Positions 61,557 through 64,000 of a stretch of 64,000 nucleotides of DNA are shown here, in pieces (the stretch's first letter is position 1; every line of letters starts with the position of its first letter). This DNA is from Octopus bimaculoides. Lineage: Eukaryota. The notes under the pieces are model-generated. The model worked only from the letters and a program-made list of their open reading frames with translations. It searched no databases and was not told where the DNA came from. A program made the translations under genes and the position numbers. The DNA is taken from positions 2,923,234 to 2,987,233 of the forward strand of contig NC_068987.1 in NCBI RefSeq assembly GCF_001194135.2, read 5' to 3'.

Positions 61557-64000
61557 TTAGCATTCGTTTTCCATGCTGGCATGAGTTGAATGGTTTGTCA
61601 GGAGCTGTACCAAGTCCCATTGTCGGTTGTGGCATGGTTTCTACAGCTGGATGCCTTTCCTAACACCAACCATTTTACAGAGTGGCACTGGGTGTTTTTT
61701 TACGTGGTACCAGCAAGGGTGCTCTATATGTGACACCAACATGGGTCCCTTTTTTTGTGACACCAGCATGGGTGCTTTTTGTGTGGCACCAGCACGTAGT
61801 ATTAGAAATAAATAACAATTTGTTCTGATTCTCTAAAAGAAACTTTAATAATTTTTCAGATTAACAATTAGCAAAGTTGATAATGAAGCATCTTCCATAT
61901 GGAAATTTCAGCGCTATGCTTTAGTTGTTGACTTTGAAGAACGGCTCTGTTTCCCACCGCCTCTTACCTTCTTAAGTTATTTTGCAATGCTTATCCGGCT
62001 TATTTACCGCAAAATGAAGAAATGTAAAAGAAATTGTGAATTCTTCTGCAAATGTTGGAAGAAATCAGCTTTGGTACGTTACGTTTTCCATTTGCAAGTT
62101 TTACTAATCCTCTTTAACACTGATAATGCTAATGGTAATTAATTCTAATTCCTAATTAATATTTGATAATAATCACCCAAATTTATTAATGCTTAATTCA
62201 AACAACTGATTATAACTAATTAGTCATTCCATTTAATATTAATCACTGTTGTTAATTAACACTACTAATTAACATTTCTGAATATCTTTAAATTAATTAT
62301 GTTCACACACACACATCTTTGTGTATGTATGTATATATATATATATNNNNNNNNNNTATGTGTGTGTATATTTGTATATGTATATGTATATATATATGCG
62401 TGTATATATATATAGATAGATATATGTGTGTGTGTGTGTATCACTCTTTCACTCTTTTACTTGTTTTGGTCATTTGACTGCAGCCATGCTGGAACATCGC
62501 CTTTTAGTCGAACAAATCGAACCCATGACATATTCTTTGTAAGCCCTGTACTTATTCTATCAGTGTATTTTGACGAACCGCTAAGTTACGGGAATGTAAA
62601 CACACGAACATCGGGTGTTAAAGTGATGGCGAGGTTGGGCTGAGGGGTAAACTCAGACACAAACACACATACGTGAACACACACACATATATATTATGCA
62701 TAATAAAAAAGAATTTAATTAAGTACATCGTCTCTTTCTGATTGAGTCTTCAATCGATTACTTCAAAGAATTGACAGTCAGTTTTAAATTTGGTGCCGGT
62801 CTCTGTGGATAATGAATTCTCTTTGATAGTCTCTGGTTTTGAGATGAGTCGGTAGATTTATCCAGTTGAACATAAAATATACTATTCAACTTTCCTTCTT
62901 TTTTTTTTCTTTTTTTTTGTTGTTTTGTCTGATTTTAATCTATTCCCACCTCTCTTCTCACCTGAGGATTCCAGTTTGGACCTCAGTCTTCTGTTGACAG
63001 CCTAATTGCACCACTGACAAATTCTGATTAACCAATTATAATCACAGCTACTTCTATATTGAACTTTTGGTATTCCTGCTTTAAACGTTCATACAAGGCT
63101 GAAACCTGTGGAAGAGGGAAACCCAGAAAGACAATGGCAATATGCTGACCAATCTATAAAACTCCACCACAACATTTAATTCCTTGTAGTAAAGATTGTT
63201 TGCCAACATAACATGGCAGTCCTGGTTTAGGATGAATGTTGCTGTAACTTAGCCCCAGGAGACATTGTCTCCAGCTGGCTTTAGGACACGATCTGTGTCC
63301 TTATATTTTCGAACAAGGGAATCTAGCACCCCCACTCAGTCCTAAACCAGGACTGCCATGTTATGTTGGCAAATAATCTTTATTCCAAAGTACTGTTACT
63401 GAATATCTCTTGTTGTGAGATTTACAAATAGTACTTAATTCCTTGTTGTTCAAGTTTGGAATTATGGTCTCACTAGGTTTATCTTTTGTGATTCAAACCT
63501 CCAAAATTGATCCCAAAAAATCCTTCATTACTCGCAACTGATTTGTGATAAAATCAAACATTTTACTCAAACCACCCTTTTCCTATTCTGTGTGTCAAAC
63601 ATGATACACAGGACTTATTTCTCTGGTGTCCATATATCATATCGGATACACCTTCTCAGCTTCCTTTCAACCCCCAAATTAAATTGGGACTTATGAAAGG
63701 AAAGCTTTATATCGCTCGTGGCTAAAAGTCTAAAAACAAACATGGATGTCTAGGACAAGTTTATAAAAATGCTTTGGACAGGCAAAGGGTGAACCATGTT
63801 GTCTGGGTTTAACTCTTCTCCCTGGTCTCTGACTGCCTTTAGTGAAGCTCATTCTGCTTAGAAGTTTAGAATAAATCCTTGTTCTTGTCCTGTTCTTGTT
63901 GTTGATGTTAAACATGAAGGTTTCTCCATTTTTTTTTTCTCAGCCCGAAGCTTCTTCTTCGTCCCATCGAGCTAGTCAGCGTCTCAAAAGATCAGAAGAT
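24017..64000 (+). CDS. ced-11: TRPM-superfamily cation channel gene (TRPM/TRPS, CED-11-like); multi-exon, runs off the 3' end of the window
   Basis: The exon chain was assembled by hand with canonical AG/GT sites and consistent phases; the only junction needing an extra exon or a weaker donor is after 51733. It encodes SLOG motifs ([38 protein letters not shown]), [43 protein letters not shown], six TM segments, LGP at the S4-S5 linker and the TRP box WKFQRY. TRPM-superfamily membership is secure. The ced-11/TRPS assignment rests on recalled CED-11 motifs and needs phylogenetic confirmation. Confidence 0.9.
26045..26390 (+). mobile_element. SINE family D; related copies at about 8190-8420, 9430-9690, 24755-25040, 27890-28170, 31345-31653, 40640-40925, 48905-49275
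   Basis: tRNA-like head (GCAATGGCCCAGTAGTTAG...GTTTCGATTCCC) and a shared body CCTTGTCAC..TGTGTCA.GCTGAATCTCCC...GTCTGTGGAGTGCTCAGCCAC. Confidence 0.82.
28470..28990. repeat. Long degenerate (CA)n tract; the window also has many (TA)n, (TG)n, (CT)n, (TTA)n, (CAT)n, (CTT)n and (TACA)n microsatellites
   Basis: Directly visible; these tracts explain most low-complexity ORFs in the track. Confidence 0.95.
28998..29758. other. Assembly gap; other large gaps at 16780-17189, 42497-43459, 45834-46282, 49827-50376 and 52872-53456
   Basis: Runs of N. Confidence 1.
29759..30020 (-). mobile_element. Young RTE-LINE 3' UTR copy bordering an assembly gap
   Basis: Reverse complement of the 50377 copy; both give the [30 protein letters not shown] pseudo-ORF. 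Confidence 0.8.
31798..31905. repeat. 27-bp degenerate tandem repeat, 4 copies
   Basis: ACAACAGTGAACTGTTAATT-like units at 31798, 31825, 31852 and 31879. Confidence 0.75.
32009..32191 (+). CDS. TRP channel exon, SLOG domain start ([12 protein letters not shown]...[15 protein letters not shown]...GIIK)
   Basis: tttcag acceptor, GTAAGT donor, 183 nt, phase 0-0; TRPM MHR1 motifs. Confidence 0.95.
35086..35313 (+). CDS. TRP channel exon, SLOG ([25 protein letters not shown]...VIGIMP...FDGL)
   Basis: ttccag acceptor, GTAAGA donor, 228 nt, phase 0-0. Confidence 0.95.
36473..36677 (+). CDS. TRP channel exon, SLOG (YDGPIVIK...[13 protein letters not shown]...FRCLLEYRL)
   Basis: ttccag acceptor, GTAAGT donor, 205 nt, phase 0-1. 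Confidence 0.95.
37029..37224 (+). CDS. TRP channel exon, SLOG end ([14 protein letters not shown]...[17 protein letters not shown])
   Basis: tttcag acceptor, AG|GTAACA donor, 196 nt, phase 1-2. Confidence 0.95.
38550..38697 (+). CDS. TRP channel exon ([14 protein letters not shown]...[11 protein letters not shown])
   Basis: tcacag acceptor. The frame-preserving donor is GAG|GTTGGT at 38698; a competing GTAAGT lies 4 nt downstream. 148 nt, phase 2-0. Confidence 0.85.
38875..39410 (+). mobile_element. RLE-type non-LTR retrotransposon 3' fragment (R4/Dong-like) in an (AAT)n tract
   Basis: [15 protein letters not shown]...[11 protein letters not shown]...KPDIVLIEK...IIDIACP...PITVGALG...[10 protein letters not shown] is a PD-(D/E)xK restriction-like endonuclease end; the fragment is flanked by TAA repeats. 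Confidence 0.88.
39428..39660 (+). mobile_element. Decayed 3' end of another RLE-type LINE
   Basis: [17 protein letters not shown]...[14 protein letters not shown], flanked by (AAT)/(GAT) repeats. Confidence 0.6.
41418..41511 (+). CDS. TRP channel exon ([31 protein letters not shown])
   Basis: ccctag acceptor, GTAAGT donor, 94 nt, phase 0-1; resembles the TRPM D-x-x-I-L-x-A-L motif. Not listed in the ORF track. Confidence 0.92.
42121..42248 (+). CDS. TRP channel exon ([43 protein letters not shown])
   Basis: ttgaag acceptor, GTAACA donor, 128 nt, phase 1-0; matches the TRPM hallmark L-x-L-A-L-x-WNR-x-D-I-A-x-x-x-IF. Confidence 0.93.
43587..43778 (+). CDS. TRP channel exon ([42 protein letters not shown]...GKNF)
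   Basis: tttcag acceptor, GTAAGT donor, 192 nt, phase 0-0; corresponds to the TRPM DR-x-x-FV-x-L-L-x-x-x-G motif. Confidence 0.93.
44362..44520 (+). CDS. TRP channel exon ([25 protein letters not shown]...AERK)
   Basis: gtccag acceptor, AAG|GTTCGC donor, 159 nt, phase 0-0. Confidence 0.88.
45354..45532 (+). CDS. TRP channel exon, MHR4 ([39 protein letters not shown]...)
   Basis: ttacag acceptor, AG|GTCAGG donor, 179 nt, phase 0-2; TRPM WAVL-x-x-R motif. Confidence 0.95.
46687..46759. repeat. 30-bp near-perfect hairpin with a 13-nt loop
   Basis: ATATAATTGCCAACTAAGTGTGGCGTCCTA / TAGGACGCCACACTTGGTTGGCAATTATAT; the single mismatch is a G-U wobble on the plus strand. Confidence 0.9.
48253..48484 (+). 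mobile_element. SINE family B, nested in the head of a family A SINE; other copies at about 26500-26690, 34120-34250, 39715-39895, 51770-51968, 58045-58350, 59570-59770
   Basis: GGCGGCGAGC...GTTCTGAGTTCAAATTCC followed by the conserved block GACTTTGCCTTTCATCCTTT..GGGTCGAT, which resembles the recalled Meta-type SINE core. Confidence 0.8.
50377..50680 (+). mobile_element. Young RTE-LINE 3' UTR/tail copy bordering an assembly gap
   Basis: Near-identical to 29759-30020 (minus), 42453-42496 and 2791-2935; ends GGACGTTAAACGATGATGAT. Confidence 0.8.
50809..51061 (+). CDS. TRP channel exon, MHR4 ([11 protein letters not shown]...[17 protein letters not shown]...PYWFK)
   Basis: gtttag acceptor, AAG|GTTTGT donor, 253 nt, phase 2-0; FIAH-x-C-x-Q motif. 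Confidence 0.95.
51631..51733 (+). CDS. TRP channel exon, pre-S1 hydrophobic segment ([19 protein letters not shown]...KVDIYLR)
   Basis: ttccag acceptor and a strong AG|GTAAAT donor at 51734 (phase 1). A weaker phase-0 donor AAA|GTAGAT at 51715 is an alternative. Confidence 0.8.
53530..53555 (+). CDS. Candidate 26-nt microexon (D-NCNVMSVE) linking the phase-1 donor at 51734 to the phase-0 exon at 54297
   Basis: Pyrimidine-rich tract ending cttccag, 26 nt open, donor GAG|GTTCGC (the same hexamer as the donor at 44521). It was the only phase 1-0 AG/GT cassette I found in the sequenced part of this interval. The missing exon could instead lie in the N gap 52872-53456. Confidence 0.4.
53560..53810 (+). 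mobile_element. Highly decayed RTE LINE fragment
   Basis: RLHWMCKVS-like segment similar to the element at 13811. Confidence 0.45.
54297..54425 (+). CDS. TRP channel exon, pre-S1 ([43 protein letters not shown])
   Basis: ttccag acceptor, CAG|GTAAAT donor, 129 nt, phase 0-0. The homologous frame carries the S/A-P-I-T/V-K-F-W motif and differs from the frame in the ORF track (54248). Confidence 0.93.
55064..55207 (+). CDS. TRP channel exon, S1-S2 ([48 protein letters not shown])
   Basis: ttgcag acceptor, CAG|GTATCT donor, 144 nt, phase 0-0. Confidence 0.95.
55342..55385 (+). mobile_element. Mariner-type TIR remnant
   Basis: TA-CAAGGTGGTGCTGAAAAGTTCCTGGCTTT resembles a recalled mariner terminal repeat; no partner end is seen. 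Confidence 0.5.
55386..55847 (-). mobile_element. Second copy of the R4/Dong-like RLE fragment
   Basis: Same sequence family and same 5' junction as the 38875 copy; its 3' UTR is replaced by a mariner TIR remnant. Confidence 0.88.
55919..56152 (+). CDS. TRP channel exon, S3-S4 and S4-S5 linker (...[26 protein letters not shown])
   Basis: attcag acceptor, ATG|GTAAGT donor, 234 nt, phase 0-0. Confidence 0.95.
57823..57997 (+). CDS. TRP channel exon, S5, pore helix and filter ([12 protein letters not shown]...QAVLYP...[16 protein letters not shown])
   Basis: ttttag acceptor, G|GTAAAT donor, 175 nt, phase 0-1. Confidence 0.95.
58385..58845. repeat. 17-bp minisatellite, about 25 copies (TCTTGTTCACCAGTYCC)
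   Basis: Directly visible tandem array in the intron after the pore-helix exon. Confidence 0.95.
59207..59263 (+). CDS. TRP channel 57-nt outer-pore-loop exon ([19 protein letters not shown])
   Basis: ttccag acceptor, GTAAGT donor, phase 1-1, open frame with two Cys. Confidence 0.85.
59276..59505. mobile_element. piggyBac-type non-autonomous MITE; a second, partial copy in opposite orientation at 27410-27601
   Basis: Both copies end AAAGGGTTAA (GGG terminus plus TTAA target). The left end TTGACTCTTTTGATACC is a decayed TTAACCC terminus. Confidence 0.65.
59960..59986 (+). CDS. TRP channel 27-nt outer-pore-loop microexon (RKTSSPFVS)
   Basis: cttttatattccatttcag acceptor, CAG|GTGAGA donor, phase 1-1, open. 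It is not required for frame, so support comes from splice signals only. Confidence 0.65.
60188..60381. repeat. Foldback: about 79-bp inverted arms with a 34-nt spacer (MITE-like, TA ends)
   Basis: Arms 60188-60266 and 60301-60381 differ by about 4 substitutions plus a 2-nt terminal indel. Confidence 0.9.
60503..60790 (+). mobile_element. LINE (RTE-like) fragment upstream of the RT domain
   Basis: ORF 60506: [13 protein letters not shown]...[18 protein letters not shown]; KAPG-x-x-G-I-x-x-E-x-L-K is a non-LTR retrotransposon motif. Confidence 0.85.
60962..61082 (+). CDS. TRP channel exon, pore-loop end and S6 ([41 protein letters not shown])
   Basis: ttccag acceptor, GTAAGT donor, 121 nt, phase 1-2; the S6 end AMF is conserved. 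Confidence 0.95.
61860..62073 (+). CDS. TRP channel exon, TRP domain ([30 protein letters not shown]...CKCWKKSAL)
   Basis: tttcag acceptor, TTG|GTACGT donor, 214 nt, phase 2-0; TRP box WKFQR followed by PPP. Not listed in the ORF track. Confidence 0.96.
63190..63382. repeat. 43-bp inverted repeat enclosing two small hairpins
   Basis: Arms 63190-63232 and 63340-63382 differ at one position; internal hairpins GGAGACA-T-TGTCTCC and AGGACAC-GATCT-GTGTCCT. Confidence 0.9.
63944..64000 (+). CDS. TRP channel exon, C-terminal region, truncated by window end ([19 protein letters not shown])
   Basis: (T)n-ctcag acceptor, phase 0, open to the window end. Confidence 0.7.

Noticed and set aside
63000-64000. 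C-terminal NUDT9-H or kinase domain as in TRPM2/6/7
   Set aside because: The gene leaves the window 19 codons into the post-TRP exon, so presence or absence cannot be judged.

Overview
AT-rich, microsatellite- and SINE-dense animal genomic DNA with many N gaps. The repeat families resemble those of octopus-type cephalopod genomes (inference from recalled consensus sequences, not a search). One large plus-strand multi-exon gene is supported: a TRPM-superfamily cation channel. I traced 21 phase-consistent GT-AG exons by hand from 24017 to the window end, plus two lower-confidence candidates: a start exon at 13357-13386 and a 26-nt microexon at 53530-53555. Together they give about 1,227 codons. 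The gene is 3'-incomplete here. It encodes an acidic N-terminal extension, a SLOG/MHR1-2 domain, MHR3-4, pre-S1, S1-S6 and a WKFQR TRP box. Its S1-S2, S4-S5 and pore motifs resemble C. elegans CED-11/TRPS (soromelastatin) more than canonical TRPM, and the filter Gly (FGE/FGQ/YGE) is absent. The introns and upstream region hold two decayed DD37D (maT-type) Tc1/mariner transposases, RTE LINE pieces, RLE-type (R4/Dong-like) LINE 3' ends, at least four tRNA-derived SINE families, a piggyBac-type MITE, minisatellites and several long foldbacks. The best leads are three. (1) A probable TRPS channel whose outer pore loop is built from frame-neutral 57- and 27-nt exons, with a candidate microexon whose skipping would truncate the protein. 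(2) Minimal hammerhead-ribozyme-like cores in a SINE tail and in two other repeat remnants, with that SINE twice arranged as head-to-head palindromes. (3) Two R4/Dong-like fragments with an identical 5' junction at (AAT)n. No CRISPR array, true tRNA or rRNA gene is supported.
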